Part shown: positions 23,121-33,311 of the stretch, one piece after another
How positions within the stretch are numbered: the first letter of the stretch is position 1
Layout of the letters: the number at the start of each line of letters is the position of its first letter
Source: Bdellovibrionales bacterium
Lineage (GTDB): Bacteria > Bdellovibrionota > Bdellovibrionia > Bdellovibrionales > JAUICD01
Reading direction: 5' to 3'
NCBI GenBank assembly: GCA_965262715.1
Contig: OZ253553.1
Location: 704,001 to 768,000 of the forward strand
Length of the DNA: 64,000 bases
Program-made: the position numbers and the translations under genes
The notes under the pieces: model-generated
The model's input: the letters and a program-made list of their open reading frames with translations, nothing else
What the model was told of the DNA's origin: nothing
Database searches by the model: none

Positions 23121-24107
23121 CTACCTATTTTGACAAGCTTTTATTAAACCTTCTTGAATTTCTTTTTTGTGCCAAATTCCTAATAAAACAAGACCGTGAC
23201 CTGATGAATTCAATATAGACGCTAAAATATGTTGATCCCGTCTTATAAAAGCAGAAAGAATGTGATTGATTGTGTCTATATAAGCTCTTATATGTGTTTG
23301 AACTTCTGTATTTGTAATCTCAAATTTGTTAAAAAAGGCTTTAACATCATCATCAGAAATAGGTTGTTGGTCATTGACTATAGTTGCTATCCCTATAGCT
23401 ATTATTTCTTCAACTTGATGTCTTGTCATCAGGCCTCTATTTAAAAGATCTAAAAAAACATTTTCTAATAAATGTTTTTCTTCTTGCAGTCTGTTTTTAA
23501 ATTCTATTTTCAAATTTTCATTTTCAAGAGGAATTTGTTCAATTTCATGACAAGCTTTTTGATAAGTTCCACAAGCAAGGGTACTTGCAGGAAATAAAAG
23601 AGTAAGTATTTGATCTGTTTTGTTTATATTCCACCTCATAGAAAGTGTATCTAAATTTGTAAAAAATGATTGATCAAGTCTTAATTGTCTATAGCTTTCA
23701 ACTTGATAATCAAAAAAAGATTCCATCTCTTCTGGTGAAGATTCTAAGCCTATCCAGCTGAGTTGTTCAGATCTGATTAAGTGTGTTATTTGTTGAACAT
23801 CGTTTTGTTCACTTTGAATTATGTCTCTATTTTGTGTAATAATTACATCGAGTCTTCTTATTTTGTTTTCTACACTTCCTCCAGTTGTGATGATAGGTAT
23901 AATATCATCAGCTTGATCTCTTAGATGTCTAGTAAAAAGAGTATATATGCGATGATGACCCATATCGACTTGCTCAATATCACCAAAATAAGGACTAAAA
24001 ACACAATTTGCCTGATAATTAGACAATGTTTGTGCAGAGGCTCCTGTCATCATTGTTACAATAATCCAGAAGAATAACAGAAACAGAATAGGTTGAAACA
24101 TTTTCAT
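23121..24107 (-). CDS. Secreted hypothetical protein
   Basis: Signal peptide ending ASA-Q. Confidence 0.7.
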   Translation of the reverse strand: MKMFQPILFLLFFWIIVTMMTGASAQTLSNYQANCVFSPYFGDIEQVDMGHHRIYTLFTRHLRDQADDIIPIITTGGSVENKIRRLDVIITQNRDIIQSEQNDVQQITHLIRSEQLSWIGLESSPEEMESFFDYQVESYRQLRLDQSFFTNLDTLSMRWNINKTDQILTLLFPASTLACGTYQKACHEIEQIPLENENLKIEFKNRLQEEKHLLENVFLDLLNRGLMTRHQVEEIIAIGIATIVNDQQPISDDDVKAFFNKFEITNTEVQTHIRAYIDTINHILSAFIRRDQHILASILNSSGHGLVLLGIWHKKEIQEGLIKACQNR

Positions 24108-24696
24108 GCCATAATTTCCAAGCCATTTATATAGTCTAAAACATATCTTAAAATATCAACAACAAAGCCTTGTACAAAATCTACCTATTTTTTTCAAAAA
24201 AAGCATACTGCTAAATAGGAAGTTACACTAATTATAGAGCCGACTGCTAAAAGTCAAGAAAAAATGAAGAACTTAACGCTTATACTCAACTTTTCAGTAA
24301 CAACTTATTATGAGTTAGCATGAACAGCACTTATTTTTAATGGAATTCACACGGATTAAATGTTTCTTGTTTAACTAGTAAAAAACTAACATGATCTTAA
24401 TTGGTTTCTTTCATTATAATAGCATCTTATTTAGAGATTAAAGCATCAATTCTTATTAAGATAATTAGAAGCCATCTCAAAAGTAAAATTTCATAACACT
24501 TGAGAGTTCGAATTGCAAAATGCAAAACATTATTACTTTAAAGAATTCTTCAATAAGCTTGCAATAAATTGTACTGAAGAAGGTTTTTATTCTAAAGTAT
24601 GCTTTGAAAAAACAGAATTAAATACTTCTCATATCAAATAACTTATAACAATCTTTCATAACAACTCATGTTTCTATTGAAATGATGAATCTCATA

Positions 24697-24749
24697 TTAT
24701 ATAACTTTTAAAAATATCTATAATCATAGAAAAGTTGCACTTGCAATTT
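24697..24749. mobile_element. Degenerate IS30 terminus (reverse orientation)
   Basis: ATAACTTTTAAAAATATCTATA...AGTTGCACTTGCAATTT is reverse-complement-like to 10472-10531. Confidence 0.65.
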
Positions 24750-24780
24750 ATATTAAAATAATTGAAGCTATGCTACAGAT

Positions 24781-24818
24781 AAAAGGCTCTTTGCAGGTGT
24801 AGTGTCCCTGCAAAGAGC
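24781..24818 (-). terminator. Intrinsic terminator of pilin operon 1
   Basis: 12-bp stem GCTCTTTGCAGG/CCTGCAAAGAGC followed by a T-run on the minus strand. Confidence 0.75.
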
Positions 24819-24856
24819 TGGAGATAAAAAATAAAAATTATCAAGTTATGTGATCA

Positions 24857-25468
24857 TTAAAGGCCGCTTTTTATATTCATCATGTATTTTCCAGTAGGTT
24901 TAGGTGCAACTTGCCCTACACCCATCTCCCAATGGTCTTCTTGAGCTCCTCCTAAATTACCTACAGCGATGACGATAAATTTAGGAGAAAACTTCTCAGT
25001 GTTATCTATTATTGCATCAGTAGGGATTGTTAATGTTCCAGTAGGTAAATAAGCGCACTCACCTGAATTATTACAAAAATCTTCTGTGTCAATTCTTGTT
25101 TTGCTAGCATTGTCTGGGACTGGCGGGCCATCATAATCTGATAGGGTTGGTGTAGTACCCGCCACCCAATCACCTGGATCCGTTGAAGCTAAAGCATTAA
25201 ACCCTGTTTTATAATGAATATCACCACTTGGTGAAAAGCCTAATTGTATAAAGTTGGATGTAGAGTATCCCCATTCAGAATTAAAAGCTATATTCGAAGT
25301 GTATATACCACCTAATATTAACTTAGGCTCAAGTTGCCTGGCTTTCCTTTGATACTTTTGATAGTTAGGTATAGCAATCGCGGACAATACACCAATAATA
25401 GCAACTACAACCATCACCTCAACAAGTGAAAATCCCTTTTGATGAAATCTCTTTTTTATCTGTTTCAT
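24857..25468 (-). CDS. Type IV pilin (second pilin of cassette 1)
   Basis: [26 protein letters not shown] prepilin motif. Confidence 0.92.
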   Translation of the reverse strand: MKQIKKRFHQKGFSLVEVMVVVAIIGVLSAIAIPNYQKYQRKARQLEPKLILGGIYTSNIAFNSEWGYSTSNFIQLGFSPSGDIHYKTGFNALASTDPGDWVAGTTPTLSDYDGPPVPDNASKTRIDTEDFCNNSGECAYLPTGTLTIPTDAIIDNTEKFSPKFIVIAVGNLGGAQEDHWEMGVGQVAPKPTGKYMMNIKSGL

Positions 25469-25481
25469 AAATATCTACCTT

Positions 25482-25946
25482 TTATAAAGAAGCTATCATT
25501 TTGCCACAAAATATATTAAATAGCTGTTTATCTATTGCTTCACATCTTAAGGGTTGATCGTTTTCTAAACTGACTTTTAAAGAGCAGTTATAAACTCTAT
25601 ACTGATTAAATTGATATTCACTGGATAGCTGGCCACACACTTCTAAAATCTCTTTGCCTTTAAATAAGTCACATTGAGTCTGACAAACATTGATAAAGGT
25701 GGCATTGCTACCTGTATTATTAACTCTTTCTATATAATCCGTATTAGGCCTGTATTTAGCATAAAAGACATACTGTGCAGCTTCAGTATCTTGCTTTAAA
25801 TGTGTGGATAAAAACTTTTGATCTGCTATATCCATATCCTTGTACATTTTAAGCCTTGCATTGTTGCAGATTAACCCTAGAAGGCCAATAATTACAATGG
25901 CTAGCAAGTAAAGTAATCTTCTAGAGCTTGTTTTTCTAAGTTTCAT
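25482..25946 (-). CDS. Pilin-operon accessory protein (one TM helix, 6 Cys)
   Basis: Near-identical paralog at 30055-30519. Confidence 0.75.
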   Translation of the reverse strand: MKLRKTSSRRLLYLLAIVIIGLLGLICNNARLKMYKDMDIADQKFLSTHLKQDTEAAQYVFYAKYRPNTDYIERVNNTGSNATFINVCQTQCDLFKGKEILEVCGQLSSEYQFNQYRVYNCSLKVSLENDQPLRCEAIDKQLFNIFCGKMIASL

Positions 25947-26088
25947 TTTTTATTTCCTAATTAATATGTTTTAATCTTTTTTATGTAAGAAACCCACCTT
26001 ACAAGAAAGGGATTGGTTTACCCTGTTTACTTAGTTACTTTATTAAACAAGTAAACCCACATTACCTTTAAATATGGGTTTATTTACT

Positions 26089-26322
26089 TCATAAAGAGAC
26101 TGGTTTTACAGCTTTTTGTTTTGACTGATTGTCTTTCACTCTCTTTTCTAGAAGATCAATTCTTTTGTTTATATGCATGACTGATTTGCTATTGATACCT
26201 GAAAGCATATATAAATGTGAAAAGACTTTCATACCTAAAATACAGCCTATGCTTAAAGAAATAGTGACAGCAATAGCAAGTTCTAATAAATAAAATCTTT
26301 TATTAAGCTTTATATTTTTCAT
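26089..26322 (-). CDS. Small membrane protein with a degenerate prepilin-like N-terminus
   Basis: MKNIKLNKR-FYLLELAIAV. Paralog at 30662-30892. Confidence 0.65.
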   Translation of the reverse strand: MKNIKLNKRFYLLELAIAVTISLSIGCILGMKVFSHLYMLSGINSKSVMHINKRIDLLEKRVKDNQSKQKAVKPVSL

Positions 26323-26406
26323 AAAACTCTCTTTTGTTTTTGGTAAATGAATAAAACCCACATTATAGCAATGTGGGTTATTCTTTAATTTAAGATTTTA
26401 TGAAAA

Positions 26407-27108
26407 TTAAAGCCCACTTTTTATATTTATAATTTCTTTTCCATAAGTTATAAGCCATTGATCGGCCTCATCTCCTCCTATATCACCACTTGCGCCTATA
26501 ACAAAACGTCGCTGTATTTTGTTCAGCTCACCATTATTCCAAAGGCCACCACAAGTACCACACGCCCCAGTTCCTGTACAAACTAATGCACCAGTGGCAC
26601 ATGAACATGTTCCGCAAGTACCAGGTTGAGGAGATGCAGGAGTATGACTATATGTATTAGCTACATAAACCTGTAATAAAGCAGCATTATCACAAAAAGT
26701 TGCTTCTCTGCAACCGTCAGGGTCATTTGTATTTACTGTACTATTTAAAACTGTTACTATTGGGCCTCTATAGCCTGCATCGGTACGGTTTGGTATGCTA
26801 GGATTAGCTTTGCTGGCATCAGTCCAGCCTACAGCATATTTAGGAACATCTCCAATGCTTTCAAATCCTATTTGTTGAAAAGATGCTGATAAAAAATTCC
26901 ATTCGTTTTGAAAGGTTATTTGGCTTGCATATAAGCCACTTAACATTGTTTTAGATTCTACCTGCTGTGCTTTTCTTTGAAACTTCTGATAATTAGGTAT
27001 AGCGATGGCAGCTAATATACCAATGATCGCGACCACCACCATTAACTCCACTAGTGAAAAACCTTTTTGATTTTTCATTTTATTATATTTTCTTAAGAAC
27101 TTTTTCAT
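26407..27108 (-). CDS. pilA: Type IV pilin, PilA-like, Cys-rich
   Basis: [30 protein letters not shown]. First gene of the operon, followed by a hairpin. Confidence 0.85.
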   Translation of the reverse strand: MKKFLRKYNKMKNQKGFSLVELMVVVAIIGILAAIAIPNYQKFQRKAQQVESKTMLSGLYASQITFQNEWNFLSASFQQIGFESIGDVPKYAVGWTDASKANPSIPNRTDAGYRGPIVTVLNSTVNTNDPDGCREATFCDNAALLQVYVANTYSHTPASPQPGTCGTCSCATGALVCTGTGACGTCGGLWNNGELNKIQRRFVIGASGDIGGDEADQWLITYGKEIINIKSGL

Positions 27109-27294
27109 GATAAAGACCCCCTATTTCATAAAAAATAAATAAATAATGTTTAAAGTAATAAATTTAAATCTCCTCTATCATTTTTCTTTTATGTGTCTTT
27201 TCAAGCTGCTTAATTTGAAAGGAAATATGACCAAGAATATCAAAAATGAAAGCCTTAAAAGCCAAGTCAAAAGGCTAGCTTTTAACGTAACTGG

Positions 27295-27457
27295 ACTGTA
27301 ACTTACGTACAAAAGTTACAGTATCAAGTTATTAAAATAACTGCCGATATAATAAATTGAAAGACTTTAGACAGTGATGGTAATTGGTCTGGAAATGGCC
27401 AAAAACATCAATGATTTTAAGGTTGCAGGACTGTAACTTATGTACGTAAGTTACAGT
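27295..27457. promoter_or_regulatory. Pair of 28-bp palindromes (27295-27322, 27430-27457) upstream of pilin operon 1
   Basis: ACTGTAACTTA-N6-(T/A)AAGTTACAGT twice. Confidence 0.75.
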
Positions 27458-27620
27458 GCTAAGTAGTTGAAATTATTGGAATCCTAGACTATCTAGTCTA
27501 GCATTGAGACAACATTTAAGTTTAGAAAATTATAAACTTGTTGCATATTGATAAATAGTTTGTATTTGAATAAAACAACTTCTTATATTTTGATTTTAGC
27601 GAGAAAAAAACTCAAGAAAA

Positions 27621-27768
27621 GATTTCCTTAAAATGACGTAAAAAAATGAAGATATCCTTATTACTAAAAAATAAACATGCTTTTGAGGTAGTCAGCTTTT
27701 TTCTGAAGATGTAAATCTTCAGGCTGACTACCCAAAAGTGGTCAGAGACCAGTTTATTTTTAGTGAGA
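27621..27768 (+). repeat. GNRA-loop structured repeat copy
   Basis: GTAGTCAGC...GAAGAT-GTAA-ATCTTC...GCTGACTAC. Confidence 0.8.
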
Positions 27769-28049
27769 GCAATGAATAATGATTTAGATGATTTCGGTGT
27801 TGTTGAAAAATTATAGCAGGCTTTACGAAATAGGCGTAAGACAAGTAGCCAACAAGAGATAAAATAAGTATAAGGCACATAGGTTCTATAGAATCTATGG
27901 AAAAAGCCTGCTATACGCTTTTAAATCTGAATATCTATTTTATGTAACACTAAGATAATCCCACAAAAGGTAACCAGCCTCTAAGAAATAATATCTGTCA
28001 GTTACAGGTATTAACTTTAATTTTAAATTTAATGTTATTGTTCTTAGAT

Positions 28050-28988
28050 TTATTTTAGAAAATCTGTTGCTTCATAAGAGTAAAGTATTTGCCAGCATAT
28101 CGTTTCAATAAATTTAAATAGCTGCCCTTTCTTTGAAAAATCTGCTGGGATAATGATGTTAGCTCTACTATCTAAGCTTAGGTTTTCAAGTTTTTTCTGA
28201 ATATATTTTCTATCACTTTTGAAAACATCTTTGTCATAAACAATAACACCATATCCGCCACGGTCTTTGACTACAGATAGAGCAGGGATATCAGTATCTC
28301 CATCACCTATATAGACTATGTCAGAATATTGTGACCAGAGGTCGGTTTTTAATAAACGTTTATTTACTTTTCTACTTGAATCTTGAAATGTTCCCTTTGC
28401 TATTTCAAATACAGATCTAGTTTTCATAGTTTCATCCATGCAAAAAATAGGTACATTTATAAATTCATTATCAACAGATTGTTCAACTATATATTTACAT
28501 CCAAATGTGTAGGTTATTAAATCCTTTGGGAAAATTTCTACAATTAAATCTTTTAGGCCAGCAGATACAATAAAATGATGAATGTTGATTTTACGTTTTT
28601 TAAATCTAGAGTTATTTTCTAGATTTTTTATCTCTTGCAAAAACTTTTGAACTTTATCATATACATTGATTTTAGGAACGATAAATTTTTTAAAAAATTC
28701 TCTATTTAGAGGAGTTTGTCTTTGATTAGCTATTTGACCAAGTGCATGCATCCAAACAGGAGATTCAGAGGCTAATATTTGTTCTGTAGACATTGTCCCG
28801 TCAGAAGACGCACCTTCTTCTTTTGATTCTTTGATTAATAATTTAACTCGATCCCAAAACTTTGCAGGATCATCTTTTAAGATGTCTCCTATAACTATAC
28901 TTGTTGAATCGGTATAGGTTTTTTGAGAACTTCTATTAGGAATAAGTGTTCCATCAAAGTCCCATATAATTGAAATATTACGGTTCAT
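28050..28988 (-). CDS. HAD-like hydrolase
   Basis: WDFDGTL, IVSAGL, K and YIGDGDTDIP motifs I-IV. Confidence 0.88.
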   Translation of the reverse strand: MNRNISIIWDFDGTLIPNRSSQKTYTDSTSIVIGDILKDDPAKFWDRVKLLIKESKEEGASSDGTMSTEQILASESPVWMHALGQIANQRQTPLNREFFKKFIVPKINVYDKVQKFLQEIKNLENNSRFKKRKINIHHFIVSAGLKDLIVEIFPKDLITYTFGCKYIVEQSVDNEFINVPIFCMDETMKTRSVFEIAKGTFQDSSRKVNKRLLKTDLWSQYSDIVYIGDGDTDIPALSVVKDRGGYGVIVYDKDVFKSDRKYIQKKLENLSLDSRANIIIPADFSKKGQLFKFIETICWQILYSYEATDFLK

Positions 28989-29018
28989 AAAATATTTTTC
29001 TTTTAATGAAATCTTATA

Positions 29019-29171
29019 TTATTTTAAGAGAGATTTGTAATCAAATGGTTCTAAAAACTGAGAAGTATCCCATTTATAATTGTCTAATGATTTTTCCTTT
29101 TTTACTTGCTTTTTTTTAGGGGATTCTTTTTTTCTTATAGTCTTATTATATGATTTTTTAGAATTTGTCAT
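29019..29171 (-). CDS. Possible 50-aa Lys-rich small protein
   Basis: AAGGAG RBS. Translates MTNSKKSYNKTIRKKESPKKKQVKKEKSLDNYKWDTSQFLEPFDYKSLLK, directly upstream of the HAD gene. Confidence 0.5.
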   Translation of the reverse strand: MTNSKKSYNKTIRKKESPKKKQVKKEKSLDNYKWDTSQFLEPFDYKSLLK

Positions 29172-29347
29172 AAAAGTATCTCCTTTTTAAAATGACTTTT
29201 ATAATCAGTGAATTCGGAAGAAAAAGCAAGAACTTTAACTCACACTGTTAATTATTAATAGCTTTGTAAGAAATGTTCTATTCTTTATCAGTATAACACA
29301 TTATTTAGAAATTAAAACACTTTACAATAACTTCCTTTATGTTTAAT

Positions 29348-29386
29348 AAAAAGCTCTTTGCAGGTGTAGTGTCCCTGCAAAGAGCT
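29348..29386 (-). terminator. Intrinsic terminator of pilin operon 2
   Basis: Same stem as at 24786, followed by a T-run on the minus strand. Confidence 0.8.
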
Positions 29387-29423
29387 GGAGATAAAAAATA
29401 AAAATTATCAAATCATGTGATCA

Positions 29424-30041
29424 TTAAAGACCGTTTTTTATATTCATCATGTATTTTCCAGTAGGTTTAGGCGCAGCTTGACCTATACCCATCTCCCAAT
29501 GATCTTCTTGAGTTCCTCCTAAATCACCTACAGCGATGACGATAAAGTTAGGAGAAAACTTCTCAGTGTTATCTATCTTTGCATCAGTAGGAATTGTGAG
29601 AGTTGTTTGAGGCAGATAAGTGCAGTCTCCTGAATTATTACAAAAATCTTCTGTGTCAATTCTTGTTTTGCTAGCATTGTCCGGAACTGGTGGGCCATCA
29701 TAATCTAATAGGGTTGATGTAGTACCCGCCACCCAATCACCCGGATCCACTGTACCTAACACATTAAAACCTGTTTTATAATGAATATCACCGCTTGGTG
29801 AAAAGCCTAATTGTATAAAGTTGGATGTAGAGTATCCCCATTCAGAATTAAAAGCTATATTCGAAGTGTATATACCACCTAATATTAACTTAGGTTCAAG
29901 TTGCCTGGCTTTCCTTTGATACTTTTGATAGTTAGGTATCGCAATCGCGGACAATACACCAATAATAGCAACTACAACCATCAACTCAACAAGTGAAAAT
30001 CCCTTTTGATTTAATATTAATATCTCTTTTATCTGTTTCAT
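29424..30041 (-). CDS. Type IV pilin (second pilin of cassette 2)
   Basis: [18 protein letters not shown] motif. Close paralog of 24857-25468. Confidence 0.92.
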   Translation of the reverse strand: MKQIKEILILNQKGFSLVELMVVVAIIGVLSAIAIPNYQKYQRKARQLEPKLILGGIYTSNIAFNSEWGYSTSNFIQLGFSPSGDIHYKTGFNVLGTVDPGDWVAGTTSTLLDYDGPPVPDNASKTRIDTEDFCNNSGDCTYLPQTTLTIPTDAKIDNTEKFSPNFIVIAVGDLGGTQEDHWEMGIGQAAPKPTGKYMMNIKNGL

Positions 30042-30054
30042 AAATATCTACCTT

Positions 30055-30519
30055 TTATAAAGAAGCTATCACTTTGCCACAAAATATATTAAACAGCTCT
30101 TTATCTATTGCTTCACATCTTAAGGGTTGGTCGTTTTCTAAAGTGACTTTTAAAGAGCAGTTGTAAACTCTATACTGATTAAATTGATATTCACTGGATA
30201 ACTGATTACAAACTTCTAATATCTCTTTACCTTTAAATAAGTCACATTGAGTCTGACAAACATTGATAAAGGTGGCATTGCTACCTGTATTATTAACTCT
30301 TTCTATATAATCCGTATTAGGCCTATATTTAGCGTAAAAGGCATATTGTGCAGCTTCAGTATCTTGCTTTAAATGTGTGGATAAAAACTTTTGATCTGCT
30401 ATATCCATATCGCTATACATTTTAAGCCTTGCATTGTTTACAAATAGACCTAGTAGGCCAATAATTACAATGGCTAGCAAGTAAAGTAATCTTCTAGAGC
30501 TTATTTTTCTAAGTTTCAT
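30055..30519 (-). CDS. Pilin-operon accessory protein
   Basis: Paralog of 25482-25946. Confidence 0.75.
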   Translation of the reverse strand: MKLRKISSRRLLYLLAIVIIGLLGLFVNNARLKMYSDMDIADQKFLSTHLKQDTEAAQYAFYAKYRPNTDYIERVNNTGSNATFINVCQTQCDLFKGKEILEVCNQLSSEYQFNQYRVYNCSLKVTLENDQPLRCEAIDKELFNIFCGKVIASL

Positions 30520-30661
30520 TTTTTATTTCCTAATTAATATGTTTTAATCTTTTTTATGTAAGAAACCCACGTTACAAGGAAGGGATTGGTTTACCCTGTT
30601 TACTTAGTTACTTTATTAAACAAGTAAACCCACATTACCTTTAAATATGGGTTTATTTACT

Positions 30662-30892
30662 TCATAAAGAGACTGGTTTTACAGCTTTTTGGTTTGACTG
30701 ATTGTCTTTCACTCTCTTTTCTAGAAGATCAATTCTTTTGTTTATATGCATTACTGATTTGCTATTGATGCCTGATAAGAGATATAAATGTGAAAAGACT
30801 TTCATACCTGCAATACAACCTATGCCTAAAGAGATTGTGACAGCGATAGCTAGCTCTAATAAATAAAATCTTTTAAGCTTTATATTATTCAT
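30662..30892 (-). CDS. Small membrane protein with a degenerate prepilin-like N-terminus
   Basis: Paralog of 26089-26322. Confidence 0.65.
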   Translation of the reverse strand: MNNIKLKRFYLLELAIAVTISLGIGCIAGMKVFSHLYLLSGINSKSVMHINKRIDLLEKRVKDNQSNQKAVKPVSL

Positions 30893-31014
30893 AAAATCCT
30901 CTTTTGTCTTTGGTAAATGAATAAAACCCACATTATAGAATAGAAATGTGGGTTATTCTTAATTTAAGATTTTATGAAACCTAAAGACCACTTTTAAATT
31001 TATAGTTTTTCATA

Positions 31015-31743
31015 TCAATCAACTCCATTTTTTACATTTTGAATTATTTTATCATAATCCATATACCACTGATCAGAGTTCTTTCCTCCTATATCTCCGG
31101 CTGCGCCGATCACAAACCTTCTTTCTAATCTATTTAAAACGCCAGTATTCCACATTCCACAAGATCCTAAACAAGTACCAGTAGTACTACAAGATTTAAC
31201 ACCAGCAGAAGAACATAAACACGTTCCTGTACAAGTACCTGCAGCAGCATTAACTGCAAGAAAATAAGATTTATTACTTGCAAAAGCTTGAATTAAAGCA
31301 GCGTTATTACAGTGAATGTTCTTTCTGCAACCGGCTGGAGTACTTCCTTCACCTGTATTTACTATCTGAGCAGCAATAGCAGCACCGGTAATTTTTGGCC
31401 CTCTATAAGTTGCATCAGCAGCTGTAGGAATACTAGTGGCAGTTCTACTGGCGTTGGCCCATCCTACATTATATTTAGGAGCATCTCCAATAGCCTCAAA
31501 ACCAATTTGTTGAAAAGATGCTGACATAAAGTTCCATTCATTCATAAAAGTGATTTGATTGGCATATAACCCACTCATCATTGTCTTTGCTTCTACTTGT
31601 TGTGATTTTCTTTGAAACTTCTGATAGTTAGGTATAGCGATCGCCGCTAAAATACCAATAATGGCAACTACCACCATTAACTCCACTAGTGAAAAACCTT
31701 TTTGATTTTTCACTTTATTATATTTTCTTAAGAACTTTTTCAT
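31015..31743 (-). CDS. pilA: Type IV pilin, PilA-like, Cys-rich
   Basis: Prepilin motif shared with the 26407 gene. Divergent C-terminal domain. Confidence 0.85.
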   Translation of the reverse strand: MKKFLRKYNKVKNQKGFSLVELMVVVAIIGILAAIAIPNYQKFQRKSQQVEAKTMMSGLYANQITFMNEWNFMSASFQQIGFEAIGDAPKYNVGWANASRTATSIPTAADATYRGPKITGAAIAAQIVNTGEGSTPAGCRKNIHCNNAALIQAFASNKSYFLAVNAAAGTCTGTCLCSSAGVKSCSTTGTCLGSCGMWNTGVLNRLERRFVIGAAGDIGGKNSDQWYMDYDKIIQNVKNGVD

Positions 31744-31929
31744 GATAAAGACCCCCTATTTCATAAAAAATAAATAAATATTGTTTAAAGTAATAAATTT
31801 AAATTTTCTATATCCTTTTTCTTTTATGTGTCTTCTTAAGCTGCTTAATTTGAAAGAAAAGATGACCAAAAATATCAAAAATGAGAGCCTTAAAAGCCAA
31901 GTCAAAAGACTAGATTTTAACGTAACTGG

Positions 31930-32092
31930 ACTGTAACTTACGTACATAAGTTACAGTATCAAGTTCCTAAGATTATTACCGATATAGTTAATTGAAAGGA
32001 TTTTTTAGTGATGGTCATTAGTAGGGAAATACACCAAAAACATCAATGATTTTAAGGGTACACCACTGTAACTTATGTACGTAAGTTACAGT
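31930..32092. promoter_or_regulatory. Pair of 28-bp palindromes (31930-31957, 32065-32092) upstream of pilin operon 2
   Basis: The two sites are exact reverse complements of each other. Confidence 0.78.
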
Positions 32093-32205
32093 GCTAAGTA
32101 GTTGAAATCATTAGAATACTAGACGGCCTAGTCTAGTATTAAGACAACATTTAAGTTCAGAAAATAATAAAAACGTTGAATATTGATAAATAGTTTGTAT
32201 CTAAG

Positions 32206-33275
32206 CAGAACAACTCCTTATATTTTCATTTTAACGAGAAAAAAACTCAAGGAAATTTTCCTTAACATTTTGTAAAAAAATAAAAAGTATCTTCTTACTA
32301 AAAAATAAACATGCTTTTGAGGTAGTCAGCTTTTTGCTGAAGGTGTAACCCTTCAGGCTGACTACCCAAAAGTGGTCAGAGACCAGTTTATTTTTAGTGA
32401 AACAACATATTGATAAAACATCTGTCTCTCAACAGGACAACTTTAAGTTTATTGGTAATTTGTTAAAGAGTAACCAAGTTTTCAGAAACAATTTCCTTAA
32501 CATCATGTAAAAAAATGAAGAGAATCTCTTTCCTAAAAGTGAACAGGTTTTTGAGACAATCAGCATTTTCTTGAAGATGTAAGTCTTCAGGCTGATTGTC
32601 CAAAAATGGCCAGAGGCCAGTTCATTTTTAGGGAAACAGAACAACTCCTTATATTTTCATTTTAACGAGAAAAAAACTCAAGGAAATTTTCCTTAACATT
32701 TTGTAAAAAAATAAAAAGTATCTTCTTACTAAAAAATAAACATGCTTTTGAGGTAGTCAGCTTTTTGCTGAAGGTGTAACCCTTCAGGCTGACTACCCAA
32801 AAGTGGTCAGAGACCAGTTTATTTTTAGTGAAACAACATATTGATAAAACATCTGTCTCTCAACAGGACAACTTTAAGTTTATTGGTAATTTGTTAAAGA
32901 GTAACCAAGTTTTCAGAAACAATTTCCTTAACATCATGTAAAAAAATGAAGAGAATCTCTTTCCTAAAAGTGAACAGGTTTTTGAGACAATCAGCATTTT
33001 CTTGAAGATGTAAGTCTTCAGGCTGATTGTCCAAAAATGGCCAGAGGCCAGTTCATTTTTAGGGAAACAGAACAACTCCGTATATTTTCATTTTAGCGAG
33101 AAAAAAACTCAAGAAAAATTTCCTTAACATTTTGTAAAAAAAATAAAAAGTATCTTCTTACTAAAAATAAACAGATGGCAAGCCTCTCGAGGCAAGCCTC
33201 TTTGAGGATTGCCCATGTGGATAAATGAGGTAGTCAGCTTTTTGCTGAAAGTGTAAACCTTCAGGGTGACTACTT
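32206..33275 (+). repeat. 431-bp tandem repeat (~2.2 units) built from GNRA-loop repeat copies
   Basis: CAGAACAACTCC recurs at 32206, 32637 and 33068. Two hairpin elements per unit. Confidence 0.92.
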
Positions 33276-33311
33276 TTCAATAAGAATCTTTAGGTTTTTA
33301 CTCTAACAGGA

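Noticed and set aside
31756..31947. 63-aa ORF upstream of pilA
   Set aside because: Starts inside the palindromic site with no RBS; better explained as conserved promoter DNA, though not excluded.
32429..33075. Twin 71-aa ORFs and ORF 27612-27878
   Set aside because: Antisense readings of the non-coding repeats.
32206..33275. CRISPR array
   Set aside because: 431-bp period, identical 'spacers' and no cas genes.
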